A DNA stretch of 64,000 nt from Candidatus Latescibacterota bacterium (GCA_965248435.1 OZ252100.1:2624001-2688000), one strand, 5' to 3'; positions 39,263-49,913 are shown, counted from the first letter of the stretch. Numbers and translations: made by a program. The notes: generated by a model not told the origin, from the sequence alone.

Positions 39263-39397
39263 TTGGGCTCCTTAGCCAAAACCATCACTGGAATCCTGAC
39301 GCTGGGCATGACCCTGCTCCTCGCGATATTCCTCTGGTCCTCCAGCCGCGCCCATTCAGAATGGCCCAGACAGGGCGAATTTGAGCAGCAGGCCTGA
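39263..39397 (+). CDS. Putative 44-aa single-TM small protein (below the ORF-track cutoff)
   Basis: GAGGA RBS, TTG start, MGSLAKTITGILTLGMTLLLAIFLWSSSRAHSEWPRQGEFEQQA, terminator immediately after the stop. Confidence 0.55.
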   Translation: MGSLAKTITGILTLGMTLLLAIFLWSSSRAHSEWPRQGEFEQQA

Positions 39398-39400
39398 AAT

Positions 39401-39434
39401 AAGGGCGGTCCGATATCGATCGGGCCGCCCTTTT
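39401..39434 (+). terminator. Rho-independent terminator
   Basis: aagggcggtccgat-atcg-atcgggccgccctt stem-loop with T-tract. Confidence 0.8.
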
Positions 39435-39539
39435 ACGTTGTTCCCCTCCGTTCTTCTATCCTCATCATTCGATTCTATCTGCATCCTCTGCTTCTCTGCT
39501 CTACGACTTGCTTCGATCCGCTACGACGATCCATCGCTT

Positions 39540-40562
39540 TTAGATGCCCAATTCCTTCGAATAAGCAAAGACCGCCGGCGTCCCTCCTGTGTGCAGGAAG
39601 ATGACGGTTTCCTCTCGACCGATGGTTCCCTTCCTTGAAAGATCGATCAGCCCGGCCAGGGCCTTGGCCGAGTAGATCGGATCCAGCAGAACCCCTTCCA
39701 TCGTGGCCATCAGCCGAAGGGCCTCATTCCCTTCATCGGATGGGCAGCCATAACCATCCGGCCCGATGTAGCCATCCAGGTTGACAATCTCATCAGATGA
39801 AAACGAAACGTCCGCACCGAGTTCTTCGGCAGTTCGGCTGAGCACGCCGAGAAACGCTTCCTTCAGGTCATACGACCAGACCATCGGCGTCACCCCGACG
39901 ATCCCGATTCCGAGCCCCATCATCTTGTTCCCGAACATCAGCCCGGGTTGTGTCGTGCTTCCCGAACAGACCACCAGCCGATCCACTTTTTCTCCCATCT
40001 CCGCAAGCTGATCAGCGATCTCCGCCAGACAGAGGGCGAAGCCCATCGCCCCGAAAGGCCTCGTCTCAGGCCGCATAACGATAAAGGGAGTTCGCCCATC
40101 GGCCCTGAGCCGATCGTGCAGATCCTGCTTTGCATCTGTCAGAAGCTCCTGAGACTCGACCTCCACCATCTCCACGGACGCACCCAGTAGATCGATCAAC
40201 AGTCGGTTTCCCTGGATCTGTTCACCCATATGGTCGTTGACCAACACCAGGGCGCAGTCCAGCCCAAGCTTCGCCGCGGCGGCAGCGAGCTGCCTGCAGT
40301 GATTGGACTGTGAGCCCGCCCCGCCAATCACCACATCCGCTCCGCGGGCCACCGCCTGGCCGACCGTAAACTCCAGGATGCGGGTCTTGTTTCCACCGAA
40401 GGCGAGCCCTGTAGAATCATCCCGCTTGATGAATATGCGTGGACCGCCAACGGCCTCACTCAGTCGGGGGCAGAATTCTAATGGTGTCGGGAACTGGCCC
40501 AGGGAGACCCTGGGAATCGGCGAGATCAGGTCTCGAAGTTCTCTGCTGCTTAGCTCAGGCAT
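39540..40562 (-). CDS. D-cysteine desulfhydrase / ACC deaminase family PLP enzyme
   Basis: PTPL, IKRDD.TG.AFGGNK.R, QSNH, LDPIYSAK, FLHTGG. Confidence 0.9.
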   Translation of the reverse strand: MPELSSRELRDLISPIPRVSLGQFPTPLEFCPRLSEAVGGPRIFIKRDDSTGLAFGGNKTRILEFTVGQAVARGADVVIGGAGSQSNHCRQLAAAAAKLGLDCALVLVNDHMGEQIQGNRLLIDLLGASVEMVEVESQELLTDAKQDLHDRLRADGRTPFIVMRPETRPFGAMGFALCLAEIADQLAEMGEKVDRLVVCSGSTTQPGLMFGNKMMGLGIGIVGVTPMVWSYDLKEAFLGVLSRTAEELGADVSFSSDEIVNLDGYIGPDGYGCPSDEGNEALRLMATMEGVLLDPIYSAKALAGLIDLSRKGTIGREETVIFLHTGGTPAVFAYSKELGI

Positions 40563-40864
40563 AAGGCCCCTCTTCTCCCTATTGCGAATCTGAATAGAAA
40601 CAAAAAAAGTCCAACGCAGGCAAAGGAAAAATTACCAAAGATGTGGGCTCTCAGGTTAACCTGTCAGAGTGGTCCTTCTAGCAAGTCTTGCGTCGCTCGT
40701 GGCCTACTTTCGTGTTGATTCGTGATGCTTCGTGCCCTTTCGTGATCCAGCGTTTCGCACAACAGACCGCGATCCACGGCCTTTACTCTTGCGCCTAATT
40801 CAATGTTTCCGTATTGATAGCATCACGAAATTTGCTAAAGAACTCCGAAACGGTTGGGCGACCT

Positions 40865-41650
40865 ATGCTAGAAATAGATCTGTCCGTCCCGGATGGTTTT
40901 TGGCCCGAAGACATTACCGGGGTCGTTTCTCTCACCTTCGATGACGGTCTCCAGACACAGCTGGACAATGCCATCCCCTGTCTGGACGACAACGGGCTGA
41001 AGGGCACGTTCTACCTGAACCCCGGCCTGGACATTTCCTGGGACCAGCAGATTCCAGACTGGCAAGAGGCGAGTCACAACGGCCACGAGATCGGCAATCA
41101 CACCTCGCAGCATCCATGCGCCTGCAATTTCGGGTTTCGCCCAGACGGCTACTGTCTGGAAAACCTGGCCCTTTCCGACATCGAAAAGACGATCGACGAA
41201 GCTGAGGAGGCCCTGAACGGGCTCTTTCCGGAGCAGGCCGGCGTTCGAAGCTTCTGCTATCCCTGCTACGAGTCATACATTGGCGCAGGGGCAAACCGGC
41301 AGTCATACGTCCCTCTGGTCGCCAGACGCTTCAAGGTCGCCAGGGGCCACGGATTTCGACCCAACAGACCCCAGATGACCCAACTCACCTACGTCCAGTC
41401 CTGGGCAGTCGGCGACACGAGCGGTGAGGAAATGATCTCCTACGTACGCGAGATCGCAGAAGGGGGACTCTGGGGCGTCATCTGCGTGCACGGCGTAGGC
41501 GGGGAACACCGTCCGATCGAGACGCACGCCCTCCAGGAACTTGCCCGGTTCCTAGGCCAGAATCGGCAGCGCATCTGGACCGACACGATGATCAACATCG
41601 CGGAATACATCCTCGAGCGCCGCAGGGCAATGGCCTCAGAATCCGGATAG
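40865..41650 (+). CDS. Polysaccharide deacetylase (CE4)
   Basis: SLTFDDG, HEIGNHT..H, FCYP. Confidence 0.88.
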   Translation: MLEIDLSVPDGFWPEDITGVVSLTFDDGLQTQLDNAIPCLDDNGLKGTFYLNPGLDISWDQQIPDWQEASHNGHEIGNHTSQHPCACNFGFRPDGYCLENLALSDIEKTIDEAEEALNGLFPEQAGVRSFCYPCYESYIGAGANRQSYVPLVARRFKVARGHGFRPNRPQMTQLTYVQSWAVGDTSGEEMISYVREIAEGGLWGVICVHGVGGEHRPIETHALQELARFLGQNRQRIWTDTMINIAEYILERRRAMASESG

Positions 41651-41697
41651 AGTGGCGTGCTCATCAAGAATAACCTGTGTGAGGAGGGAGCAGGAAT

Positions 41698-42540
41698 ATG
41701 GTCCCCATCGTAGACATCCCCGAGTTAAATGGTGAAAAGCCTGCCGAAACGCAGCTTGCAGAGTGGGAGGCTCAACTCTGGGACAGGGGCTACCTGGTGA
41801 TTCCGAAGGCGCTGCCCCAACCTGCCGTCTCCCATTATCTGGACCGCATCAAATCGTTCCCGCCGCCCTACCGGGCACCCACCACCGCATCGAACGCACC
41901 GAGGCCGGGAAACATACCTACCGGAGCTGCCAGGGTAAGGCTCAGGCTTTTCGAGCACGGGATGGATTTCGTTCACCTCCTTGAGAATGAGCCTGTCTTT
42001 TCGCTCATGGAGCGGATCCTGGGAAGCAAAATGCATATCATATCTCTGCAAGCACATTGCATGTCCCGCGGAAATGAGATCACGACGATTCATCCTGATG
42101 AGCTCTATCTGGAACGTCCCGAAAATGTGTCAGATGATGTGGAGTATCCCCCGATCATCAACACCATCAACTGTCACTATTACCTCGTTGATGTTCCTGA
42201 GGAACTGGGACCCACCTGCGTTGTGCCAGGAAGCCACCGCGCCTGTCGAGACATTCGGCCCGAAGATGGGGATCCCCCTCGCTGGCGGGGAGAGGGCCCG
42301 GTACTACTGACTGTCGAAGCCGGTGACTGTGTCATCTACAGCAATCAGGCCTGGCACGCCGGAAGTGAAAACCGAACCGACCAGACGCGGTATGCTGTCG
42401 TTCCAGCTTACTCTCGACGCTTCGTTGCCCAGCGCTTCTGGCCGTTCCTCAACTACAACCTTTCGCGCGACATCCTGGACCAGTGCACCCCCCGACAACG
42501 CGAGCTCCTGGGCGAACATCAGCGCGGAGCATACGGATAG
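41698..42540 (+). CDS. Phytanoyl-CoA dioxygenase (PhyH) family
   Basis: HPD, GPT.VVPGSH, AGD......WHAG..N. Confidence 0.88.
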   Translation: MVPIVDIPELNGEKPAETQLAEWEAQLWDRGYLVIPKALPQPAVSHYLDRIKSFPPPYRAPTTASNAPRPGNIPTGAARVRLRLFEHGMDFVHLLENEPVFSLMERILGSKMHIISLQAHCMSRGNEITTIHPDELYLERPENVSDDVEYPPIINTINCHYYLVDVPEELGPTCVVPGSHRACRDIRPEDGDPPRWRGEGPVLLTVEAGDCVIYSNQAWHAGSENRTDQTRYAVVPAYSRRFVAQRFWPFLNYNLSRDILDQCTPRQRELLGEHQRGAYG

Positions 42541-42544
42541 ACCT

Positions 42545-43039
42545 TTGCCAGATCCTCCTCTCATCGGGGTCATCTCAGACACGCACGGCCTTCTGCGCCC
42601 CGAAGCGATCAACGCCCTCGGGGATGCCGATCTGATCGTCCACGCAGGAGATGTCGGAAATCCGGGCATCCTTGATGCGCTGCGGGCAATCGCCCCGGTC
42701 TTTGCCATCCGCGGAAACGTCGACGGCGGGGAGTGGGCGCGGGACCTCCCCAAAACAGAAGTCGTCGAAGTCGGCACTGTCAAACTCTACGTCATCCACG
42801 ATGTGAACGAGCTCGACCTCTCTCCAGAAGCGGCAGGGTTCGATGCCGTGATCAGCGGACATTCGCACAGCCCATCGGTGGTGAAACGCGATGGGGTCCT
42901 CTTTCTGAATCCCGGCAGTGCCGGGCCCAGACGATTCAAGCTTCCCGTAACCATTGCACGGATGCAGGTTCGCGGGGAATCTCTGGAGGCACAACTCGTG
43001 GAACTGGACCTTGAGGCAACGCCTTCCCGGTCCTACTGA
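42545..43039 (+). CDS. YfcE-like metallophosphoesterase
   Basis: ISDTHG, HAGD, RGNVD, GHSH.P, NPGS; start codon uncertain. Confidence 0.88.
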   Translation: MPDPPLIGVISDTHGLLRPEAINALGDADLIVHAGDVGNPGILDALRAIAPVFAIRGNVDGGEWARDLPKTEVVEVGTVKLYVIHDVNELDLSPEAAGFDAVISGHSHSPSVVKRDGVLFLNPGSAGPRRFKLPVTIARMQVRGESLEAQLVELDLEATPSRSY

Positions 43040-43086
43040 TCGCGGTCGCACGCTTCTGACGATACGGTGAGACATGAAACAATTCT

Positions 43087-43111
43087 GGCCCGGAGACGAA
43101 ATCTCCGGGCC
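43087..43111. terminator. Hairpin terminator
   Basis: ggcccggaga-cgaaa-tctccgggcc between convergent genes. Confidence 0.7.
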
Positions 43112-43242
43112 TTCTGTTATGCTAAATCCGTAATCTCGTACCTCGTGGAAAGTATCTCGCAGGTCACGAATTCAGCGAAATCAAGGGACTGGCAAGATGA
43201 CAAGGCCCCGAGATACGAGATACCAGATACGAGACACGGCTT

Positions 43243-44925
43243 CTAGGGCAACCCGCTCTTCGGGCCGTCCCGCACAGGCACCATCTTGAGCACGTAATTT
43301 TTCGGTTCAGGTGTGGTGTGAACGATGGCGAAGCGCTCTGGATAAGCCTCGATCACTGGAATCAGGTATTTGACCTTATCCGGAAAGAACGGAAGGTTGT
43401 CCACAACCACATAATCGAACGACGACTTCAACCCTTCCAGAGCTTCCTCTTTGTTCTTTGTTCGTGGAAAAACAGCGCTCTCTCGTCTGGACCAGAACCA
43501 CATCAGCGACGGCTTTCGCGCCGCAATACGGCTCTCCTGCGGCGTGTGGTTCCGGACCCAGAGCGCTGCCTGGTAGTAACTTTCCCAGTATCCGCCGTAG
43601 CCCCTCTGGGACCGCTTGAAGGATATGATCCCCACGTCCACGCTGTATGCGCCCAGAAAAATCCCGACAGCCAACACTGGGAATCCCACCCTCAGGACAA
43701 AGGCCTCCCGAAGTAGACCGAGAACTGCCTCGAAACCTCGAAACATGTAGAGCATCAAGAATGGCAGAACTGGGATCAAGTAGCGGTCTGGCGATCCAGG
43801 AAGTGTGAACAGGACGAAAAAGTATCCGAGGACATACCAATCGTGCACTTCCAGAGATTTCAGCACGGAGAGGGGTTTCCAGTCCGCCAGCTGCCTGCCC
43901 AGGAAGAACCCGACCACAATCACGATCAGAATCAGCCAGGCCTCGCCGGGAAAGTCGAACGGAAAAAAGACGGTGCCTAGGTTCCTCATGTATTCCTGGG
44001 GATTTTTCTGGAAGATGAAGTAGAAGAAATTATGCCAGAAATCCCCGATCTCATGATCGGGCATGTGCTCACCCCGTTCGATCTGAATCAGCATGCCGGA
44101 GAAATGACCGACCTCCCCGAAGTTGGACCGGAGAAACAGCATCCACGGTGCGACCCATGCGGCGACCCCTGCTAAAAGGAGCGCTGATTTGATGACCTCT
44201 CTTCGGAGAAGCATCGTGATTACCGCGGCGATCGCGATGAAAAGGCCCGGTGACTTGATGTGATAGGCCCAACCCAGGGCGCAGGAGGCGCCAATGAGCC
44301 AGGGCCAGGACACCCCCGGGCGATCTACGTACCGAAGCGTAACATACATGGCGAGGACGGAAAACGCGCCGTAGGGCAGGTCTGCGATCAGCTGATTGGA
44401 ATAGGTGACCGAAACCGGAAGGAGGGCGGACAGGACGACAATCGTCAAGGCGCGATTCTTGGAAACAAATCTACTGAGCACGAGGAAGCCGAACAGAGGG
44501 AAAAGAACGCCTGTCGAAGCCATAACCACCTTCATGGCCGTAACTGAACCGTCAAATAGAGCGATTGGCGGAACCAACAGGCACTTGAATCCGATTCCGT
44601 ACTGGCTGTCTAGAAGGGGCAGCCCATTCAGGAGCCGTGTGGCGTCCCGGATGTTGACGATGTTGTCCCCGATAATGCTTACCCACGGGTTGCACGTCAT
44701 CAGATATATCGCCCCAACCGCAACGGAACTCGCGTAGACCCAGGCAGGATAGTCGGCCTGCCGAATCATCCCTGCGTTCGACAGAACAATCCCGCTCAAC
44801 GGCACCCCGAAGAGGATGAGGGTAAGTAGAAGATTGATTGGGCTGAGCGCCTCACCCTGTTCAATAAGAATCAGCAGAACGAGACTGCCCGCGAACACCA
44901 AAACATATTTTTTCCAGTCAATCAT
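43243..44925 (-). CDS. GT-C fold (ArnT/PMT-like) integral membrane glycosyltransferase
   Basis: About 12 TM helices, acidic residue in first loop, 'DLPY', 'RYLIPVLPF', soluble C-terminal domain; follows a GT2. Confidence 0.7.
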   Translation of the reverse strand: MIDWKKYVLVFAGSLVLLILIEQGEALSPINLLLTLILFGVPLSGIVLSNAGMIRQADYPAWVYASSVAVGAIYLMTCNPWVSIIGDNIVNIRDATRLLNGLPLLDSQYGIGFKCLLVPPIALFDGSVTAMKVVMASTGVLFPLFGFLVLSRFVSKNRALTIVVLSALLPVSVTYSNQLIADLPYGAFSVLAMYVTLRYVDRPGVSWPWLIGASCALGWAYHIKSPGLFIAIAAVITMLLRREVIKSALLLAGVAAWVAPWMLFLRSNFGEVGHFSGMLIQIERGEHMPDHEIGDFWHNFFYFIFQKNPQEYMRNLGTVFFPFDFPGEAWLILIVIVVGFFLGRQLADWKPLSVLKSLEVHDWYVLGYFFVLFTLPGSPDRYLIPVLPFLMLYMFRGFEAVLGLLREAFVLRVGFPVLAVGIFLGAYSVDVGIISFKRSQRGYGGYWESYYQAALWVRNHTPQESRIAARKPSLMWFWSRRESAVFPRTKNKEEALEGLKSSFDYVVVDNLPFFPDKVKYLIPVIEAYPERFAIVHTTPEPKNYVLKMVPVRDGPKSGLP

Positions 44926-44929
44926 CTTG

Positions 44930-45625
44930 TCACAAACGGAACCTTAATAGGGTATACATGTCGATGAAAAAATCAGTCCATCTCACCTTTTTCCCTGCCG
45001 CAACATCCCTCCCCTTGTAGTCGATGGGGACCTCGATGATGCGAAACCCTTTCTTCAAAAGCTTCGCGGTCAGCTCGTGCTCCAGATCGAATCCGTCTCG
45101 AACCAGAGGAATGTCACGGATCAACTCGGTCTTGTAGAGCTTGAATCCGGTGCAAAGATCGGTAATGTCGGACCGGTAAAGCACGTTCGTCGCCCAGGAG
45201 AGAAACCGATTGGCGAGATAGTTTCCAAACCGCATACCTTCGATATTTCCCAGGAATCGAGATCCGAAAAGCACCTGGATGGATCGGTCTCGCTGAATCG
45301 GGTCCAGGAGCACCGGATAGTCCTTCGGATCATACTCCAGATCGGCGTCCTGGATCAGGAAATATTCTCCTTTGGCGTGTTCGATGGCCGTGCGAACCGC
45401 AGCGCCCTTTCCGCGATTCTCTGGGTGAAGGACAATGTTAATCTCCGGGTCGGTCAGGCCTTTCAGGAATTCGCGAGTGCCATCGGTGGAGCCGTCGTCC
45501 ACGATGACGATCTCTTTTGAGATTTCCCGGTCCACGAAAACTGCGCTCACCTTTTCGAGCACCGTGGCAATCGTGTTGGATTCGTTAAACGCGGGTATCA
45601 CGATCGAAAGCAGAGGCTGTCCCAT
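44930..45625 (-). CDS. GT2 polyprenol-phosphate glycosyltransferase (DPM1-like)
   Basis: SIVIPAFNE, VDDGSTDGT, NRGKG.A, QDADLEY.P, GSRF. Confidence 0.93.
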   Translation of the reverse strand: MGQPLLSIVIPAFNESNTIATVLEKVSAVFVDREISKEIVIVDDGSTDGTREFLKGLTDPEINIVLHPENRGKGAAVRTAIEHAKGEYFLIQDADLEYDPKDYPVLLDPIQRDRSIQVLFGSRFLGNIEGMRFGNYLANRFLSWATNVLYRSDITDLCTGFKLYKTELIRDIPLVRDGFDLEHELTAKLLKKGFRIIEVPIDYKGRDVAAGKKVRWTDFFIDMYTLLRFRL

Positions 45626-46737
45626 TATTCCTTTACCTCACGTACCACATCCATCTCAGCCATCTTCTTCCTGGCATATTCCAGGACATCCCCAAGCTCG
45701 GGCTGCTGTTCCAGCCATTCCCTGTAGTCTCTCACACTTTTTTCCGGGCCGTGTCTGGGTTCCCATCCAAGCGCCTTTAGCTTGGCGATATCTGAAATAA
45801 TATGGCGTGTATCGCCCAATCGAAACGATCCTGTCAGGTCGGATGAATGGACGCTTCCAAACTCATCGGCAACGATCTTCGAGAACTCCAACACCGTGTA
45901 GGCGCGTCCAAGACCGACGTTGAACGATTCGTAATCGGCCTCCTCTTTCTCCATCACAAGCAGATTCGCGCGCACGACGTCCTCGATATTCACATAATCC
46001 CTCAGCTGCCGCCCATCTTCATAGATGGAGGGTGATTTGTTCGCGTGATGCGCCAGACAGAAGAGGCGACACACCCCTGAATAGGCATTGTAGGGCGACT
46101 GTCTGGGACCCTGTACGATTGAATAGCGCATGGCAACGGTCGGGATGCTGTAGCGCTTGCCAAGATTGAGGGCGACCATCTCCTGGGTGAATTTGGACAT
46201 CGCATACTGATTCTGTGGGTTCGTCTTGCTTTCGTCCGTCGGGATGCTCGTCCCATGACCACCGCACTCCGTACAGACGATCTCCCATTCCCCTCGTTCC
46301 AGCTGGTCCAACGGCCGTATATCCGGATAGAAATCTCCGTCTCGGTCACAGCTATACCTGCCCTCCCCATAGACTGCCTGGGAAGATGCGACAACCACCT
46401 TTCTGACAGGGAGATTGTTCCCCACCAGGATCTCGTACAAGAGAGCCGTTCCGACCGTATTGATATGAAAGAACGTGCTGAAATCTGGAAGGTAGTCCTG
46501 GTAGGCTGCGAAATGAAAGACGGCATCCACCCCTTCCAGCGCGGCCTCGAAGTCTCCCCTGCTCGTCACGTCCCCTTCTACAAACTCCGCTCCTTCAGGC
46601 CTATAAAAGGGCTGTTTGCTCCGGTGTACGGGTGGTCTCAGGCTGTCCAGAACCCGTACGCGATGGCCGCGCTCGATAAGCGCATCGGCCGTGTGTGAAC
46701 CGATGAAACCGGATCCGCCCGTAATCAGAATCTTCAT
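45625..46737 (-). CDS. NAD-dependent epimerase/dehydratase
   Basis: TGGSGFIGSH, ASSQAVYG, YAMSK, RDYV. Confidence 0.92.
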   Translation of the reverse strand: MKILITGGSGFIGSHTADALIERGHRVRVLDSLRPPVHRSKQPFYRPEGAEFVEGDVTSRGDFEAALEGVDAVFHFAAYQDYLPDFSTFFHINTVGTALLYEILVGNNLPVRKVVVASSQAVYGEGRYSCDRDGDFYPDIRPLDQLERGEWEIVCTECGGHGTSIPTDESKTNPQNQYAMSKFTQEMVALNLGKRYSIPTVAMRYSIVQGPRQSPYNAYSGVCRLFCLAHHANKSPSIYEDGRQLRDYVNIEDVVRANLLVMEKEEADYESFNVGLGRAYTVLEFSKIVADEFGSVHSSDLTGSFRLGDTRHIISDIAKLKALGWEPRHGPEKSVRDYREWLEQQPELGDVLEYARKKMAEMDVVREVKE

Positions 46738-46751
46738 CTCTCTATCTCAAC

Positions 46752-46774
46752 AAAAAAAACCCTGCGAAAGGGTT
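46752..46774 (-). terminator. Terminator-like hairpin inside the glycosylation cluster
   Basis: Minus strand aaccct-ttcgc-agggtt followed by T-run, about 15 nt before the epimerase start. Confidence 0.55.
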
Positions 46775-46808
46775 GTTCGAGAATGAGGACGTTTCGCTGG
46801 AAGGCAAC

Positions 46809-47804
46809 TCAGCCCTTTGGCCATCCTTCGCGCCTCACGTTGAAAATCACCTTGCTTCCATCACGCTCCAGACTGAAAGGCATCTCCCGATATCCGCGTA
46901 GCGCCTCCCGAACGGTCTCCTGAGAATCGGGAGGACAATACAGCAGCAGAAACCCCCCGCCCCCAGCCCCAGAGATCTTCCCACCGGAAGCACCAGCCTC
47001 TCGCGCGTCCTTGTAGATCTTATCGATTTCGCTGTCACTGATCTTGGAGGCCAGCGACTTCTTGAGTGCCCACGCCCGATCAAGGAGGGTACCGATCTCG
47101 TCGATCGAACCGCTTTCGAGATAGGCCTGAGCCTCCGAAACCTGTCCCTTCATCTCTCGCAGAGCGGCCATCCTGTCACCGATCGACGCCTTCTGTTCCT
47201 TCAGGATTTCTTCGGAACGGCGCACTCGATCTGTATAGAACAGCATCAAGTTGCCGGCCAGACGCATCCTCTGGCTATCACTCATTCTCACAACCTCAAT
47301 ACCAACGTCTCCGTCTTTATGAAAGTGCAGAACCCTGATATTCCCGTGCGCTGCGATGTACTGATCCTGTTTACCGATCGGCTTCTTCAGGATATCAACT
47401 TCGATTTCTGTTGCCTCTTCAGCAAGCTGCTCTGCCGGCCTGAAATCTCCCTGGTATCCGTAGAGCGCATTGAGCAGCCCCACCGTCAAACTGCTCGAGG
47501 ATCCAAGGCCTGATCCTTCGGAGGGGATGTCCGCAAGCATCGTAATCTCTACGCCGCTTAGCACGCCCACTTTCCGCATGGCCTCTCTGACGAGTTCGTG
47601 CTTCAAGTCATCGATTTGGTCCACGATCTCGTTAAGAGAGTACTTGACGTAGATCTTATCATCGAATCGTTCTTTTGCGATCACATAAACGTACTTGTCA
47701 ATCGCAGTACTGAGGACGCAGCCGTCTTCTTGCGAATAAAAGTCGGCGAAGTCCGTACCTCCACCGACAAAGCTGATCCGAAGGGGTGTCTGGGTGATGA
47801 TCAC
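46809..47804 (-). CDS. hddA: GHMP kinase, D-glycero-alpha-D-manno-heptose-7-phosphate kinase-like
   Basis: [39 protein letters not shown]. Confidence 0.85.
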   Translation of the reverse strand: MIITQTPLRISFVGGGTDFADFYSQEDGCVLSTAIDKYVYVIAKERFDDKIYVKYSLNEIVDQIDDLKHELVREAMRKVGVLSGVEITMLADIPSEGSGLGSSSSLTVGLLNALYGYQGDFRPAEQLAEEATEIEVDILKKPIGKQDQYIAAHGNIRVLHFHKDGDVGIEVVRMSDSQRMRLAGNLMLFYTDRVRRSEEILKEQKASIGDRMAALREMKGQVSEAQAYLESGSIDEIGTLLDRAWALKKSLASKISDSEIDKIYKDAREAGASGGKISGAGGGGFLLLYCPPDSQETVREALRGYREMPFSLERDGSKVIFNVRREGWPKG

Positions 47805-49054
47805 GAATCCGAGTCCTCGTTCGGCCCAGTTCGCGGCCCCGACCTTCTGTCTCGCAGTTCGATTCCTCGAGCGATTACGTCCCCTACGGCTTCTATCCCG
47901 TCGAACGGCTTTTGAAGGTAAAGGTCGAAATTCTCCAATCTTGAATCAGACTCATCGAGTCGCCAACCTGTAATCAGGATCGTAATCAAGTCGGGCTCTA
48001 TCCGTTTCATTTCGGTGGCGACACTGTCTCCCGGAACGCCTGGCATGCCCAGGTCGATCAGGGCCACATCATAAAGTCCAGGTCCGAAACGTTCAATTGC
48101 ATCGCGTGAATCCGTGATTGTCTCGACCTTGTGTCCGCTCGATATGATCTTGGTCAACACGCGGCAGACATTCTCGTCATCCTCCACAATCAGAATGCTC
48201 CCGCTTCGTGCCGACTCCTTTCGAAGGGCTTCTCCACCTTCACGTTCCGAGTCCTTCCAAACGGGAAACCTGAGCCTGAAGGTCGAACCGCCCCCAGGAC
48301 TCGTTTCGAGCGCAACGCGGCCGCCCCATCGCGCCACGGTCTCCTTGACCATAAACAGTCCGAGACCCGTTCCCCGGCCCTCTCGAGTCGAAAAAAATGC
48401 ATCAAACGCCCGGCTCTTCACTTCATCATCCATCCCGACGCCGGTATCTTGAATCGTCAACTGTATGTCCTGCCCAACACACCAGGTCTCGATCGTGATC
48501 TCACCGCGCTCCGGTATGGCTTCGACAGCGTTGAACAAAAGGTTGAGCAGGATCTCGTGCAGCCCGGATTGAGTCCCTTTGATCTTTGGTGTGTCCTCCA
48601 GCTTGAGAACCACCTGAATGGAAATGCCCTTCGCTTCCGCCTCATCTTTCCATCTAGGCTTCGCAGCTTCAACGGCCTCCTTCACAACCTCCACGACCGA
48701 TACCGGCTCTGTAATCTCACTACCATTTCCCCGAACGACGTGCTGCAGGTATTTCACAAGGTCCCTCGCCCGCGCTGCAGAGGCGAAAATAATCTCAAGG
48801 TCCTTCAAGATTTCTTCATCGTCCGTTCTCATCTTGAGAAGCTGCGCCGGTGCCATGATTCCTGTAAGTACGTTGTTCAAATTGTGGCTCACGCCGGCCG
48901 CCAATTCGGCCGTAGTCCTGAGGCGTTGGATATGGACCAATTCCTGCTCCATCTTCCTTTGTTTGGCCTCCAACGCCTCGAGTTCAAGAAGCTGGCGCCG
49001 CAGGCCTTCCAATTCGCGTATGAGTTCGGTCTTGCTCTTTCTGTCGTCGTTCAT
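47801..49054 (-). CDS. Cytoplasmic hybrid histidine kinase/response regulator
   Basis: [10 protein letters not shown] coiled coil, HNLNN H-box, NLLFNA, DTGVGM, GTGLGL, C-terminal REC with DLGMP. Confidence 0.92.
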   Translation of the reverse strand: MNDDRKSKTELIRELEGLRRQLLELEALEAKQRKMEQELVHIQRLRTTAELAAGVSHNLNNVLTGIMAPAQLLKMRTDDEEILKDLEIIFASAARARDLVKYLQHVVRGNGSEITEPVSVVEVVKEAVEAAKPRWKDEAEAKGISIQVVLKLEDTPKIKGTQSGLHEILLNLLFNAVEAIPERGEITIETWCVGQDIQLTIQDTGVGMDDEVKSRAFDAFFSTREGRGTGLGLFMVKETVARWGGRVALETSPGGGSTFRLRFPVWKDSEREGGEALRKESARSGSILIVEDDENVCRVLTKIISSGHKVETITDSRDAIERFGPGLYDVALIDLGMPGVPGDSVATEMKRIEPDLITILITGWRLDESDSRLENFDLYLQKPFDGIEAVGDVIARGIELRDRRSGPRTGPNEDSDS

Positions 49055-49223
49055 CAGGTCCTTCGGCCTCGAAAACAGGTTTTCATAGGCTCCGACACGC
49101 ACATTCGATCTAATATTGGACTCCCTTTGCCGCAAGTCAAGGGCAATCTAACTCCTGGATAATTCCTCACTTATAGAAAATGAAAGGGAGGTGATCAGCC
49201 GTCGTATCTTGGCAGATGTCTGC

Positions 49224-49913
49224 TTAGGGGGTTTGACGACCGGCCCCCACGCGTCGACTCCTTCGATCTACGCTCCGGAGCGCCCAGAACATCACGAACA
49301 GCGAAGCGGCTGACCACAGAAACGCGATGGGATACGCAAGAGAGGGCAGTCCCCAGTATCCCGCAAGGATTCCGGCATCAGTACCTCCGGGATCGGTCCA
49401 GAGATCGGTCCGGAAGTCGTAGAGACTGTAAAGGCAGAGCATCACACCAAGCCACGTGGCAACCGCGAAGGCAAACCTTCGAAAGCGGATCGCGATCAAC
49501 AGGAGCGCGGCTCCGCAAAGCACCCCGAATGCGAAATCGAACGTCTGAGTAGGCGTGTAGAGAACAGACATGTGGAATGTAAAGACGCCGACGCCACCCA
49601 GGAGCACCCGCTGCCACAAAGGCCAGCTCCCCATGTAGATCAAGAAGGCGCCCAGAAATGCAGATCCAACGTAGCCCGCGCTGCTGATCACGGTGGTGAG
49701 GCCGCCTCGTGTAAGCGTATGGCCCGACTCGTTCCAGTGGGTCCGCATCTCAGTCACTTCCCCGCCAGTTAAGATGGCCGAGCCTGCGTGCCCCATCTCG
49801 TGCACCAGCACCATGAAGACCTTAAAAGGTTTGATGATCGGAGTATCCCACGCCCCCAGGGCGATGCCCGCGCTAAGGAGGTGTGGCCAGAACTGCTTGA
49901 ATGTCTGACGCAT
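49224..49913 (-). CDS. M50B-like membrane metallopeptidase
   Basis: HEMGH, SAGY.G, TDA motif, multiple TM helices. Confidence 0.85.
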   Translation of the reverse strand: MRQTFKQFWPHLLSAGIALGAWDTPIIKPFKVFMVLVHEMGHAGSAILTGGEVTEMRTHWNESGHTLTRGGLTTVISSAGYVGSAFLGAFLIYMGSWPLWQRVLLGGVGVFTFHMSVLYTPTQTFDFAFGVLCGAALLLIAIRFRRFAFAVATWLGVMLCLYSLYDFRTDLWTDPGGTDAGILAGYWGLPSLAYPIAFLWSAASLFVMFWALRSVDRRSRRVGAGRQTP

